Under the pieces are notes generated by a model. It made no database searches. It saw nothing but the letters and a program-made list of their open reading frames with translations, and had not been told where the DNA came from. The position numbers and the translations under genes were made by a program. From Bryobacterales bacterium (GTDB lineage: Bacteria > Acidobacteriota > Terriglobia > Bryobacterales > UBA6623), in contig OY729427.2 in NCBI GenBank assembly GCA_963422375.2, positions 1,152,001 to 1,216,000 on the forward strand: 64,000 bases of DNA. Direction: 5' to 3'. This document shows, in pieces, positions 41,517 through 52,381 of the stretch (its first letter is position 1; every line of letters starts with the position of its first letter).

Positions 41517-42552
41517 CCTCGTCGAGTGCATCCCGGCCCGGACGCAGGCGGTCCTGCCCGAGCTCGGCTAGCGGCGCGTCGTCGAGCTGGAGCACCTCGG
41601 TGAAGCTGGGCGATTCGGTGTTGACGTAGAGCACGCCCGTCAGTATCTGGCTCTGGCCGACGGCCTGCTCGATTCGGTCCAAGGCCCCGATGCGGCTCGT
41701 GGGGTCGTAGTCCTCCTCGAGCTTCTCCAGCCGCAGCAGCGACCCGTCGTGCATCTCGACCTCGCGGACGGTACCCGGGGCGAAGTCGTCCTCCAAGTGA
41801 ATCTCGTCGAAGTGCGGGACGAAGTCGATCGACTGCAGCAGCACTTTGTTGTCGCGCACGTGCTTGTAGCTCTTGGTGGAGCCCGCGTGGTCGTTAAAGG
41901 TGACGCACGGGGAGACCACGTCGATCACCGCCGTGCCCCTGTGGCCCAAGGCGGCCTTGAGGACCGCCTGCAGCTGCTTCTTGTCTCCCGAGAACGAGCG
42001 CGCCACGAAGGTCGCGCCCATCTGCACCGCCAGCCCGCACGTGTCGATGGGCGGGAGCTCGTTCGCGATGCCCGACTTGGCGGTCGACCCCAGGTCGGCG
42101 GTCGCGGAGAACTGGCCCTTGGTCAGGCCGTAGCAGCCGTTGTCCTCGATGATGTAGACGATCGGCACGTTGCGCCGCATCATGTGGACGAACTGGCCCA
42201 GCCCGATCGAGGCCGTGTCGCCGTCGCCGGACACGCCCAAGGCCAGCAGGTCCTTGTTGGCCAGCATCGCGCCGGTGGCGACGGCCGGCATCCGGCCGTG
42301 CACGCTGTTGAAGCCGTGCGACATGCTCAGGAAGTAGGCCGGCGACTTGGACGAGCAGCCGATGCCCGACAGCTTGACGACCTGCGTCGGATCGATGCCC
42401 ATCTCGAAGAAGCATTCGACGATGCGCTCGGAAATCGAGTTGTGGCCGCAGCCGGCGCACAGGGTCGTCCTGAGACCCCGGTAGGGATCGAGTCCCAGTC
42501 CGATGCGGTTGATCGCCGGGGCCTTCGCCCGGCGCGCTGTCGCGACGCTCAC
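41497..42552 (-). CDS. 2-oxoacid:ferredoxin oxidoreductase beta subunit
   Basis: CAGCGH, SGIGCSSK, HGR, SGDGD, NGCYGLTKGQ, SPCVTFN. Confidence 0.95.
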   Translation of the reverse strand: MSVATARRAKAPAINRIGLGLDPYRGLRTTLCAGCGHNSISERIVECFFEMGIDPTQVVKLSGIGCSSKSPAYFLSMSHGFNSVHGRMPAVATGAMLANKDLLALGVSGDGDTASIGLGQFVHMMRRNVPIVYIIEDNGCYGLTKGQFSATADLGSTAKSGIANELPPIDTCGLAVQMGATFVARSFSGDKKQLQAVLKAALGHRGTAVIDVVSPCVTFNDHAGSTKSYKHVRDNKVLLQSIDFVPHFDEIHLEDDFAPGTVREVEMHDGSLLRLEKLEEDYDPTSRIGALDRIEQAVGQSQILTGVLYVNTESPSFTEVLQLDDAPLAELGQDRLRPGRDALDEVMEELA

Positions 42553-44390
42553 AGCCTTTCCTCCTCGACGACGGCATCGGTGACCGTGCGGGCGTCCAAG
42601 GGCATCCCGCCGCAATAGCAGACGCTGCGCAGGTGGTCGTGAATGGCGGGAAACTGCCGGCGCAGCAGCACGCGCAGCTGGCCGTCGCGATTCTGCTCGA
42701 CCACGTACACCCTCTGGTGGCGCGCGATGAACTCCTCGGTGCTGTGGCTGAAGGGCCAGCCCCGCACGCGGCAGTAGGCGGTCTCGATGCCGTACTCCAG
42801 GAGCAGCTGGCTGCGCGCCTCGCGCACGGCCTCGTGGCTCGTGCCGGCCGCGACGAACGCGACCCTAGCGTCCGGATTGTCGTCGACGATCGGTTCCGGC
42901 AGCCACCTGCGGGCGCCGGCCAGCTTCCTCTTGATCCGCTCCAAGTTGCGGATCCAGTCTTCCTCGCGCTCGCTGTAGTTGGCGTCCTCGTCGTGCCCGG
43001 TGCCGCGCGCGAAGTAGGCCGCCTGGGGGTGCCGGTTGCCGGGGACGGTGCGGTAGGGGATTCCGTCGCCGTCGATGTCGCGGTAGCGCCCCCAGTCGCC
43101 CTGCAGGCGCTCGATATCGGCCTCGCTGAGCACCTTGCCGCGATCCAGGTCCCAATCGGGGTAATCGAACTTGGCGGCGGTCCAGTAGTTCATCCCGAGA
43201 TCGAGGTCGAGCATGACGAACACGGGCGTCTGCAGGCGCTCGGCCACATCGAAGGCCTTGGCGGTGAACTCGAAGCACTCTTCCGGCGTGGCCGGGATCA
43301 GCATGGGGTGGGACGTGTCGCCGTGCGAGAGGGTCGCGGCGGACAGGAAGTCCCCCTGCGAGGTGCGCGTCGGCAGGCCCGTGGAGGGCCCCATGCGCTG
43401 CACGTCGATCAGGACCATCGGAATCTCGGCGAAGTGCGCCAGGCCGACGAACTCGGACATGAGCGAGATGCCCGGGCCGGCGGTCGTGGTCATCGAGCGG
43501 GCGCCGGCCCAGCCCGCGCCGATGGCCATGCCGATCGAGGCGAGCTCGTCCTCGGCCTGCACGACGGCGAAGGTCGCCTTGCCCGTGTCCGGGTCGGTGC
43601 GGAAGCGCTTGAGGTAGCCCTGGGCGGCTTCGGCCAGCGACGACGAGGGCGTGATGGGATACCAAGTGATGACGCTCACGCCCCCGAAGACGGCGCCCAG
43701 CGCCGCCGCCGAGTTGCCCTCGACGATAATCTTGCCCTGGTTCCCGTCCATCCGCTCCAAGCGGAAGGGGTCGCGCTTGCCGAGGTTTTGCTGCGACCAC
43801 TCGTAGCCGGCGAGGGCCGCGTTCCAGTTCATGTCGGCGGCCTTGGGCTTGCGAGCGAACTGCTTGTAGATCGCGTTGCGGATCTCGTCCATCTCGATGC
43901 CGAGCAGCGACGCCAGCACGCCGTCGTAGATCATGTTGCGGACGAGCTTGCGCAGCCTCGGCTGCGGGCAGACCGGAACGACGAGCCTGTCGAAGGGCAC
44001 AGGGTAGAAATCGAGGTCGCGCCTGAGGTCGCGCAGTCGCAGGGGCTCGTCGTAGACCACCGCGCGGCCGGGGCTCAGGCTCTCGACGTCCTCCCTGGCG
44101 GTCTGCGCGTTCATCGCGACGAGGACGTCGACTTCCTTCTTGCGCCCGATGAACCCGTACTTGCTGGCGCGGATCGTGTACCAAGTGGGCAGGCCGGCAA
44201 TGTTCGAGGGGAACAGGTTCTTGCCGGATACCGGAATGCCCATCTCGAATAGCGCGCGCAGCAGGACCAGGTTGGAGGACTGGCTGCCCGAGCCGTTCAC
44301 CGTGGCGACGTGGATACTGAAGTCGTTGACGACCTCCCGCACCGGCAACGGCAGGGGATCCCCTATCGGGGAAACTTTCACAGCTTGCAT
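42549..44390 (-). CDS. 2-oxoacid:acceptor oxidoreductase alpha subunit
   Basis: NGSGSQS, WYPITPSS, QAEDELA, GPGISLM, QRMGPSTGLPT, VVEQN. Confidence 0.95.
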   Translation of the reverse strand: MQAVKVSPIGDPLPLPVREVVNDFSIHVATVNGSGSQSSNLVLLRALFEMGIPVSGKNLFPSNIAGLPTWYTIRASKYGFIGRKKEVDVLVAMNAQTAREDVESLSPGRAVVYDEPLRLRDLRRDLDFYPVPFDRLVVPVCPQPRLRKLVRNMIYDGVLASLLGIEMDEIRNAIYKQFARKPKAADMNWNAALAGYEWSQQNLGKRDPFRLERMDGNQGKIIVEGNSAAALGAVFGGVSVITWYPITPSSSLAEAAQGYLKRFRTDPDTGKATFAVVQAEDELASIGMAIGAGWAGARSMTTTAGPGISLMSEFVGLAHFAEIPMVLIDVQRMGPSTGLPTRTSQGDFLSAATLSHGDTSHPMLIPATPEECFEFTAKAFDVAERLQTPVFVMLDLDLGMNYWTAAKFDYPDWDLDRGKVLSEADIERLQGDWGRYRDIDGDGIPYRTVPGNRHPQAAYFARGTGHDEDANYSEREEDWIRNLERIKRKLAGARRWLPEPIVDDNPDARVAFVAAGTSHEAVREARSQLLLEYGIETAYCRVRGWPFSHSTEEFIARHQRVYVVEQNRDGQLRVLLRRQFPAIHDHLRSVCYCGGMPLDARTVTDAVVEEERL

Positions 44391-44622
44391 GGAGGGACCT
44401 TGCGGTCAGGCGTGTCGGCTCGCGCGCGCGGGACAGCCGCAGGTCGCTGCGAGTGCAACTACATCCATTATAGAAATCCTGTCGGCGTTCGGCGCACGGG
44501 AATGTCGGCGCGGAACGCAGTAAAATCGCAGTAGGGCCGGCCCCTTGCCGTTCTAGCGCCGTCCCGGCCCGCGGGCCCGGCCGCAGCCGAGGCGAAACCG
44601 ACCTGCGCCCGTTTGATTCGCC

Positions 44623-46017
44623 ATGCTCGACAGCGCCCCCCCGCCCGCCACGAGGGACAGCCTCCCCGCTGACGTCGCGGCGCGGCGGCGGCTGGAAGCC
44701 GCCTTCGTTCGCACCGCCGAGGCGTACGGCTTCGCGGAGGTGGCCACGCCGACGTTCGAGCGGGCGGATCTCTTCGCCGCGCGCTCGGGACCAGAGATCA
44801 AGAGCTCCCTGCTCACCTTCCACTGCGACCACGAGGAATACGCCTTGCGGCCCGAGATGACCGCGCCGGTCTGCCGACTGGTGGCCTCCGGCGCGCTCGA
44901 CGGCGCACCGCCCCCGCACAAGCTGTTCTACGTGGCGCCGTGCTTCCGCTACTGCCGCCCGCATTCGGGACGCAGCCGCGAGTTCGTGCAGGCGGGAATC
45001 GAGGTCTTCGGAGACGGCTCGGCCGCGGCCGACGCGGAGGTCATCGCCGCGGCGCATCGCTTCCTGCGCGGGCTCGGGATCGGGGGCCTGTCGCTGAAGA
45101 TCGGCTCGGCCGGAATCTTCCGCGCGCTGCTTCCCGGCCGCCTTGGCCCGGACGACCGGGCGGCGGTGATCGGCCACCTGGACCGGCTGGCCGGAATCCG
45201 CGAGCGCTGCGCGGCGCTGGACGGTCGGCAGGATCCGCTGATGACGGAGCAGCTGCGCAGCGACCGGCGCGAGCTGGCGTCGATGCAGGCGCAGGACGGC
45301 TACGAGGGCGAGTTCGCCATCACGGCCCGCCCGAACCTCGACGCGGCCGGGCTGGCCCGCCAACTCCCGGACGAAGCGGCGGCCACCTACAGGCATCTGT
45401 GGAACGTGGAGGGCTACCTGCCGGACGAGACCGCGGTGCGGCTGCTTAGCGCGAGCGCGATCCGCGGCCGGCTGGACGAGATCTCGGCACTCGCGTCCGA
45501 GACGTTGGAGGCCTCCGGCGCGGAAGCGGCCCTGTCCGACCTGCTGGCGGTGTGCAGCCTGCTGGAGCATTGCGGCCTCGGAGGGTTCGAGGTGGCGCTC
45601 GGCATCGCGCGAGGCCTGACGTTCTACACCGGCACGATGTTCGAGATCGCGAGCGGCCCGGCCAAGGTGTGCGGCGGCGGGCGTTACGACACCTTGGTCG
45701 AGCTTTTCGGCGGGCGGCCCACGCCGGCCACGGGCTGCGCCGTGCGCTTCGACATCCTTGGCGGGCTGGCCGGGCCCGAGGCGGGCGCGCCCCGCGGCAC
45801 GGGGATCGCGCTGCGGCCGGCCGCGGCCGGCGACGAGGCGGCGACCGCACGGCTCGCCGAGGCGCTGCGCGACCGCGGGATCCGGGTCGGGCTTCCGGGC
45901 GACCCGGCGGCCACCGTGGCCGGCGGGAGCGTGCGGCTGCCGGGAGGAGCGGAAGTCGAGGCGGCGGCGGGTCCCCTGGCCGCGGCGCTCGCGGCGCATG
46001 CGAGGGCGACAGCATGA
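44623..46017 (+). CDS. hisZ: HisRS paralogue, probable ATP phosphoribosyltransferase regulatory subunit
   Basis: LRPEMT, CFRY.RP..GR.REF.Q.G.E, RGLTFYTG, GGGRYD; stop overlaps the start of a short-form hisG. Confidence 0.7.
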   Translation: MLDSAPPPATRDSLPADVAARRRLEAAFVRTAEAYGFAEVATPTFERADLFAARSGPEIKSSLLTFHCDHEEYALRPEMTAPVCRLVASGALDGAPPPHKLFYVAPCFRYCRPHSGRSREFVQAGIEVFGDGSAAADAEVIAAAHRFLRGLGIGGLSLKIGSAGIFRALLPGRLGPDDRAAVIGHLDRLAGIRERCAALDGRQDPLMTEQLRSDRRELASMQAQDGYEGEFAITARPNLDAAGLARQLPDEAAATYRHLWNVEGYLPDETAVRLLSASAIRGRLDEISALASETLEASGAEAALSDLLAVCSLLEHCGLGGFEVALGIARGLTFYTGTMFEIASGPAKVCGGGRYDTLVELFGGRPTPATGCAVRFDILGGLAGPEAGAPRGTGIALRPAAAGDEAATARLAEALRDRGIRVGLPGDPAATVAGGSVRLPGGAEVEAAAGPLAAALAAHARATA

Positions 46018-46790
46018 CCCCGGTGCGGTTCGCCATTCCCAAGGGGAGCCTGGAGAGGAAGACGCGCGCCTTCCTCGAGCGAGCCGGCATCGACCCGCGA
46101 GGCTACGCAGACGGCAACCGGAGCTACCGGCCGGAGCTCGGCATCGCGGGCGTCCGGGCCAAGACGATGCGGCCGCAGGAGATCCCCTACATGCTGCAGG
46201 CCGGCTTCTTCGACCTCGGCATCTCGGGGGTGGACTGGTATTACGAGAGCGAGGTCTCGGCCAATGTCGCGGACATCCTCGATCTCGGCTTCGGGCGCGT
46301 CGACATCGTGCTGTGCGTCTCGCAGCGGTGGAGCGAAGTGCGCTCGGCCCCGGACCTGTTCGCTCGGTTCGTGGAGTCCACGGGCACGCAGCCCCTGCGC
46401 ATCTGGACCGAGTACCTCAATCTGACGGAGGCGCTGGTGCGCCAGCACACCGACCTGGAGCCGTCGCTGTACAGCCCCTACGCCCGGCTGAGCGTGCAGC
46501 GGAGCGGGGCCTCGCCCGTGGCGATCTTCCATTCCTTCGGCGCCACCGAATCGAAGCCCCCGGAAGACGGCGACGCGATCGTGGACAACACCGAGACCGG
46601 GCGCACGCTGCGCGCCAACGGCCTGAAGATCGTCCACAAGGTGCTCGAGGGCTCCACGGCGCACCTGCTCGCCAACCGCCGCGCCCTGAGAAACCGGGAG
46701 AAGCGCGAGGCCATCGACCGCGTGCGCGACCTGCTGGCGGCGGCGGCGCCGGCGCCGGTCGAGGAGGATCACGTCTTCGGCCACATCTAG
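46014..46790 (+). CDS. hisG: ATP phosphoribosyltransferase, short form
   Basis: AIPKGSL, RPQEIP, DLGISG.D, DLGFG, SFGATE, DAIVDNTETG.TLRANGL; no C-terminal regulatory domain. Confidence 0.92.
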   Translation: MTPVRFAIPKGSLERKTRAFLERAGIDPRGYADGNRSYRPELGIAGVRAKTMRPQEIPYMLQAGFFDLGISGVDWYYESEVSANVADILDLGFGRVDIVLCVSQRWSEVRSAPDLFARFVESTGTQPLRIWTEYLNLTEALVRQHTDLEPSLYSPYARLSVQRSGASPVAIFHSFGATESKPPEDGDAIVDNTETGRTLRANGLKIVHKVLEGSTAHLLANRRALRNREKREAIDRVRDLLAAAAPAPVEEDHVFGHI

Positions 46791-46836
46791 GGCGCCGGCG
46801 CGGCCGGCGAACAGGTATGATGCGTTACGGCTGCCC

Positions 46837-48720
46837 GTGGTGAATAGAAGGCATGTCGCCTGGGCCTTGGCGCTGGGCCTGCTGGCAGTCTGCGCGGCGT
46901 CCACGCAGATGAGGCGTTCACGGAGCGACAAGGAGCGGCGGCAGCGAGCGATCCTGCGCTGGGAGGTCTTCCGCCCCGTGGTGCGGGGCAAGGAAGCGGC
47001 CGTCGCCGCCGGCACGCAACTGGTGACGCAGGCGGCCATGCGAGCGCTCCAGGCCGGGGGCAACGCGGTGGACGCGGGCGTCGCCGCGCTCCTCGCCGGG
47101 GCGGTCACCGAGTTCTCGCACTACGGCTTCGGGGGGGAGGCCCCCCTGCTGATCCGCACAGCCGACGGCGAGGTCCACTCGATCGCCGGAGTGGGCACGG
47201 CCCCGGCCAGCATGACGCTGGACTTCTTCCTAGGCCTCGAGGCCGATCCGGCCTTGGAAGAGGAGGCCGCTCAGCGGGACCACGAGACCGGGCCGATCCC
47301 CTCGTACGGCACCTTGCCGGCGCTGGTGCCCGGCATGGTCGACGCCGCGCTGCTGGCGCTGCAGCGATTCGGCACGCTCTCCTTCGCGGAAGTGTCCTCG
47401 CACGCTGCGACGCTAGCGGACGGACACCCCCTCGACCGCACGCGGGCGCGCTCTATCGCCGAAGCGGGGAGCTTCCTGCAGCTGTTCCCGACCTCGCGGG
47501 CCGTCTTCGCGCCGGACGGGCGCGCGCCGGGGCCGGGCTCCCTCTTCCGCCAGCCGGACCTAGCCGCGACGATCCGCGGGATGGCGGGCGCCGAGCGGGC
47601 CGCGCTGGGGGCCGGCAGGTCGCGGGAGGACGCGATCGAGGCCGTGCGGGACCACTTCTACAGGGGCCCGGTCGCCCGCGAGATCGCCGACTTCGTCGAG
47701 CGCAGCGGGGGCCTGCTGCGCTACGAGGACCTCGCGTCGTTCCACTTGGACCTGGAGCGGCCGCTGGCGACGACCTTCCACGGGCACGAGATCTTCAAGG
47801 CGGACTTCTGGACGCAGGGCGCGGTGCTGCTGCAGGCCCTCAACATCCTGGAGGACTACGACCTCTTCGAGCTGGGCTGGAACACGTCCGGCTACCTCCA
47901 CCACTTGGTCGAGGCGCTCAAGCTGGCGTTCGCCGACCGCGACGCGTGGTACGCCGATCCGGAGTTCTCGCAGGTGCCCCGGGAGCTGCTCGACAAGGCC
48001 TACGCGGCCGGGCGCAGGGCCCTGATCGACCCGGAGCGGTCCTCGGCGGAGTTCCGCCCGGGCGCCTTCGGCGACCGCCTCCCGGTGCATCCGGCCGGGC
48101 ACAACGGCCGGGCGCGGCCGCTCCCGGACGCCCTCGCGTCCAAGGACACGACCTGCATCAACATCGCGACGGCGGACGGGATGATGTTCTCGGCGTCCCC
48201 GTCCGGCGCGTGGATGCCCTCGGTGATCGCGGGACGGACCGGCATCCCCCTGACCCAGCGCGCCCAGAGCTTCCTGACGCTGCCGAACCACCCGAACGTG
48301 GTCGAGCCCGGCAAGCGGCCGCGCATCACCCTGACCCCCACGCTGGTGACGCGAGGAGGCCGACCGTTCATGGCGCTTTCGACGCCCGGCGGCGACCAGC
48401 AGGAGCAGGCCCTGCTGCAGGTGCTGCTGGCCGTCCTGCTGTTCGACTTCAACCCCCAGGCGGCGGTCGAGGCGCCGCGGTTCCAGAGCAAGCATCTCGT
48501 GGCCAGCTTCGACGACCACGCCATGGAGCCGAACGTGCTGCTGGTGGACGAGCGCATGCCCGAGTTCGTGGTGGAGGAGCTGGCCGCGCGCGGCCATCTG
48601 GTGGAGCTGCGGGGCCGCCGGAACAGCGGGTCTGCCCCGACCGCGATCAAGGTGCTGCGCAACAGCGTGATCGAGGCCGGCGCGGATCCGTACGCGAACC
48701 GCTACGCCGCCGGCTGGTAG
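46837..48720 (+). CDS. ggt: Gamma-glutamyltransferase family protein
   Basis: GGNAVDAG, FYRG, EALKLAFADRD, catalytic DTT, PGKRPR.TLTP, TPGGD.Q. Confidence 0.9.
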   Translation: MVNRRHVAWALALGLLAVCAASTQMRRSRSDKERRQRAILRWEVFRPVVRGKEAAVAAGTQLVTQAAMRALQAGGNAVDAGVAALLAGAVTEFSHYGFGGEAPLLIRTADGEVHSIAGVGTAPASMTLDFFLGLEADPALEEEAAQRDHETGPIPSYGTLPALVPGMVDAALLALQRFGTLSFAEVSSHAATLADGHPLDRTRARSIAEAGSFLQLFPTSRAVFAPDGRAPGPGSLFRQPDLAATIRGMAGAERAALGAGRSREDAIEAVRDHFYRGPVAREIADFVERSGGLLRYEDLASFHLDLERPLATTFHGHEIFKADFWTQGAVLLQALNILEDYDLFELGWNTSGYLHHLVEALKLAFADRDAWYADPEFSQVPRELLDKAYAAGRRALIDPERSSAEFRPGAFGDRLPVHPAGHNGRARPLPDALASKDTTCINIATADGMMFSASPSGAWMPSVIAGRTGIPLTQRAQSFLTLPNHPNVVEPGKRPRITLTPTLVTRGGRPFMALSTPGGDQQEQALLQVLLAVLLFDFNPQAAVEAPRFQSKHLVASFDDHAMEPNVLLVDERMPEFVVEELAARGHLVELRGRRNSGSAPTAIKVLRNSVIEAGADPYANRYAAGW

Positions 48721-48771
48721 CCGGGACCCGCGCGGGCGCCCGGCAGCGGCTGCGCTATCATCGCCGGTCGG

Positions 48772-50262
48772 ATGCTGACGAGACGGGAGTTCCTAGCGAC
48801 AGGCGGCGCGCTGGCCGGGGCGGCGAGCTGCCGGCCTTCCGACAGCGAGGACGGACCGCTTAACGTCCTGTTCCTGTTCCCGGACCAGATGCGGGCCCAG
48901 GCGATGGGCTGCATGGGCAACCCGGACGTGCAGACGCCCAATCTCGACCGGCTGGCCGCCGAAGGCCTGCTGTTCCGCAACCACTTGGCCAACTCCCCGG
49001 TGTGCTGCCCGGCCCGGGCCGTGATCCTGACCGGCAAGTACGCCCACGCCAACGGCATGACGGCCAACGACCTGCGGCTGCGCGAATCGGAGACATCGCT
49101 GGCGGAGCTGTTCGCGACGGCCGGCTACCGGACGGGCTTCGTGGGCAAGTGGCATCTCGACGGCGGCCCGCGGCAGCCCGGCTGGGTCCCTCCCGGCGGG
49201 CGGCGGCAGGGCTTCGAATACTGGGCGGCCAACCAAGTCAGCCACGCACACTTCGACACCCACTACTTCCGCGACGAGGAGGAGGCCATCCCGATCAAGA
49301 CCTTCGAGGCGGAGACGTGGACGGACTTGGGCATCGAGTTCCTGCGAGCGGCGAAGGACGACAAGCGCCCGTTCTTCCTGACCGTGCAGATGGGCCCGCC
49401 CCACGACCCCTACCTCGCCCCGGACCGGTACATGGGCATGTACGACCCGGAGGCCATCGCGCTTAGCCCGAACTTCGCGGGGGACGCGTCGGACCGGGAG
49501 CTCGAGCCGAATCCCTACGTCAAGACCCCCGGCCGCAAGGAGATCGCCGCCTACTACGCGATGGTGACGGCCGTCGACGAGCAGGTCGGGCGCATCCTCG
49601 GGGAGCTAGACGAGCTGGGCCTGCGCGACAACACGGTCGTGCTGGTGTCGTCCGACCACGGCGACATGCTGGGATCGCACGGGCAGCGCCTCAAGCGGAA
49701 GCCCTGGGAGGAGTCGATCCGCGTCCCGGGCATCGTGCGCCCCCCGAGGACGGAGCCCGGTCGCGAGACCGACGCCCTGTTCTCCCACGTGGACATCGCG
49801 CCGACGCTGCTGGCGCTGTGCGGCCTGCCGACCAGCCCGGCGATGCAGGGCAGCGACCTATCCGGGGTCATCCTCGGCGCGGCGGGCGAGTCGGGCCCGG
49901 GATCGGCGTACTTCCAGATCTTCGGCCCGTTCCTCGCAGGCGGGGTGGAGGGCGGCTGGCGCGGAGTCCGCACGCAGCGCCACATGTACGCTCGCACGAG
50001 GGACGCGCCGTGGGTGCTGTACGACCTCGAAGCGGATCCGTACGAACTCGCCAACCTCGCGCAGGAGCCGAGCGCGGAGGCGCTGCGCGTCGAGCTCGAG
50101 GCGGAACTGGCGCGCTGGATGGAGCGCACCGGCGACTCATGGGACTTCGACTGGTCCGCCCCGGTCGAAGACCGAGGCCGGCTGTACAAGCACGAGACAT
50201 TCCATTCGGTCGACGAATTCATGGAGTGGGCCGCCGAGCACCCGGACCTGGCCGACCTGTAG
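48772..50262 (+). CDS. Sulfatase (Tat signal)
   Basis: TRREFL, PDQMR, CCPAR, GKWHL, PPHDP, SDHG, YDLEADPYE. Confidence 0.94.
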   Translation: MLTRREFLATGGALAGAASCRPSDSEDGPLNVLFLFPDQMRAQAMGCMGNPDVQTPNLDRLAAEGLLFRNHLANSPVCCPARAVILTGKYAHANGMTANDLRLRESETSLAELFATAGYRTGFVGKWHLDGGPRQPGWVPPGGRRQGFEYWAANQVSHAHFDTHYFRDEEEAIPIKTFEAETWTDLGIEFLRAAKDDKRPFFLTVQMGPPHDPYLAPDRYMGMYDPEAIALSPNFAGDASDRELEPNPYVKTPGRKEIAAYYAMVTAVDEQVGRILGELDELGLRDNTVVLVSSDHGDMLGSHGQRLKRKPWEESIRVPGIVRPPRTEPGRETDALFSHVDIAPTLLALCGLPTSPAMQGSDLSGVILGAAGESGPGSAYFQIFGPFLAGGVEGGWRGVRTQRHMYARTRDAPWVLYDLEADPYELANLAQEPSAEALRVELEAELARWMERTGDSWDFDWSAPVEDRGRLYKHETFHSVDEFMEWAAEHPDLADL

Positions 50263-50373
50263 CCCGCTCGCGGGCGGCAAGGCCGCGCCGGGCACTCGGC
50301 GGGCGAATGATCGTGTTCGGCGCGTAATCCGCCGTGTCGGAACCGTGGGATCCCGCCTCTGTACGATGTTGGC

Positions 50374-51978
50374 GTGACCGAGTCCAACGCAATAGACCGT
50401 CGCCGATTCCTCCAACTCGCCGGCGCGACCGCTCCGCTGGCGGCGGCCTCCTGCGGGCCGACGGGCACGCAGGCCGGGAACGACGCGCAGCCGAACATCG
50501 TGATGATCATGTCCGACGACATGGGCTATTCGGACCTCGGCTGCTACGGGGGCGAGATCGAGACGCCCGGCCTCGACCGCCTAGCCGCCGGGGGCCTGCG
50601 CTTCACGCGCTACTACACGAACAACATGTGCGTCCCGACAAGGGCGTCGCTGATGAGCGGCTGCTACACGTCGAAGGCACTCAACGAGCGCGACGCGATC
50701 TCGGAGCAGGTGGTCACAGTCGCGGAGGCACTGCAGGCGGCAGGCTACGCCACCTACATGAGCGGGAAGTGGCACCTCGCCAACGACGCGAAGCGCGAGA
50801 GCCTGCCCTGCCAGCGGGGCTTCGACAGGTTCTTCGGCACGACCCTTGGCGCCTGCAGCTTCTGGGCGCCCGCATCGCTCATGGTTGACAACGAGCCCGC
50901 CGAGCAGCTCTATCTGGATCCCGGCTTCTACTACACCAAGGCGATCACGGACCATGCCCTCGACTTCATGCGGGACGGCCTAGCGCGGGAGCGGCCGTTC
51001 TTCCTGTACGTGGCCTACACCGCCGCGCACTGGCCGCTGCACGCGTTCCCGGAGGATATCGCCGGTTACGAGGGCCGCTACGAGGCGGGATGGGACGCGT
51101 TGCGGCTCGAGCGCCACGCCCGCCTCAAGGAAGGCGGCCTGGTGAACCCGGACTGGGCGCTCTCGCCGCGCAATCCCGAAGTGCCGGCCTGGGCGGACGA
51201 GCCGCACAAGGCATGGCAGCAGCGCCGCATGGAGGTGTACGGCGCGCAGGTGACGAGCATGGACCGCGGCATCGGCCGCCTGCTGGACCTGCTGGAGGAA
51301 TCGGGAGCGGCCGAGAACACGCTGGTGGTGTTCCAGGTGGACAACGGGGGCTGCCACGTCGAGTACACGACCGACCGGACGGGGCCGTACCTGCCGGCGC
51401 GCACGCGGGACGGAAGGCCCGTCGTGCCGGGCAACATTCCCGGCGTCATGCCCGGCCCGGAAGACACCTACCAGAGCTACGGCTACGGCTGGGCCAACGC
51501 GTCCAACACGCCCTTCCGGCTCTACAAGCAGCACGACCACGAAGGAGGCATCCTCGTGCCGCTGATCGCTCGCTGGCCGGCAGCGATCAAGGAGCACGGC
51601 TCCATCAGCGGTCAGCTCGCTCACGTGATCGATCTGATGCCGACGTTTCTCGAGGCGGCCGGGGTCGACCAGCCGACCGAATTCGGCGGGCAAGCGGTCC
51701 ATCCCGCCGACGGACGGAGCCTGCTGCCCGTGCTGAAGGGAGGAAGCCGCGAGCCCCCGCGAGAGCTGTACTGGCAATGGAGCCGCGGCAAGGCGATCCG
51801 CCGGGACCAGTGGAAACTCGTGGCGCGGCGCGACCGGCCGTGGGAACTGTACGACATCGAGGCGGACGGGACGGAGCTGCACGACTTGGCGCAATCCCGT
51901 CCTGTACTCGTAGCCGAGCTGGAGAGGCTCTGGAATGAGTGGGAGGCCGGGCCGCCGCCCCTGCAACCGGGGTCCTAG
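50374..51978 (+). CDS. Arylsulfatase (Tat signal)
   Basis: DRRRFL, SDDMGYSD, CVPTR, GKWHL, AHWPLH, DNGG, NTPFR.YK. Confidence 0.94.
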   Translation: MTESNAIDRRRFLQLAGATAPLAAASCGPTGTQAGNDAQPNIVMIMSDDMGYSDLGCYGGEIETPGLDRLAAGGLRFTRYYTNNMCVPTRASLMSGCYTSKALNERDAISEQVVTVAEALQAAGYATYMSGKWHLANDAKRESLPCQRGFDRFFGTTLGACSFWAPASLMVDNEPAEQLYLDPGFYYTKAITDHALDFMRDGLARERPFFLYVAYTAAHWPLHAFPEDIAGYEGRYEAGWDALRLERHARLKEGGLVNPDWALSPRNPEVPAWADEPHKAWQQRRMEVYGAQVTSMDRGIGRLLDLLEESGAAENTLVVFQVDNGGCHVEYTTDRTGPYLPARTRDGRPVVPGNIPGVMPGPEDTYQSYGYGWANASNTPFRLYKQHDHEGGILVPLIARWPAAIKEHGSISGQLAHVIDLMPTFLEAAGVDQPTEFGGQAVHPADGRSLLPVLKGGSREPPRELYWQWSRGKAIRRDQWKLVARRDRPWELYDIEADGTELHDLAQSRPVLVAELERLWNEWEAGPPPLQPGS

Positions 51979-52381
51979 CGCCGCGACCAGCACGTCCGAA
52001 ACAGTCCCGCGCCCTGCCCGACCGGCACTTTCAGTCGGATTCCCGGGTGGCGCCCCGGGCTGGAGGGCCTCGGCGCTGCGGAACTCCCGATTGCGGAAGG
52101 GGTCTCGGCTTCCCAAGCACCGGCGGGCCGAGCATACGGTCTGCCGCGGGATCCTCAAATGCCAGAGAGATGCCCTCACCTCGGTCCGTCCAACCACACT
52201 TCCGCCGGCTCCAGGTAGTAGGTGACAATGTTGCGAACTGGCAGCGCTCCGAGGTATCCCACCGCCGGTAAGTGGAGCATTAGCCAGCTCTCCGTCCGTT
52301 TCGGGTAGTGCCCGTTTTCGTGCTATGCTCTAATACTGCTCTCGGATGCGTTTAACGTGGATTCGATAAAGAAGTGTAAGT

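Noticed and set aside
42865..45999. 1044-aa minus-strand ORF
   Set aside because: Arg/Ala/Gly-rich shadow frame overlapping the oxidoreductase alpha gene and antisense to hisZ; no motifs.
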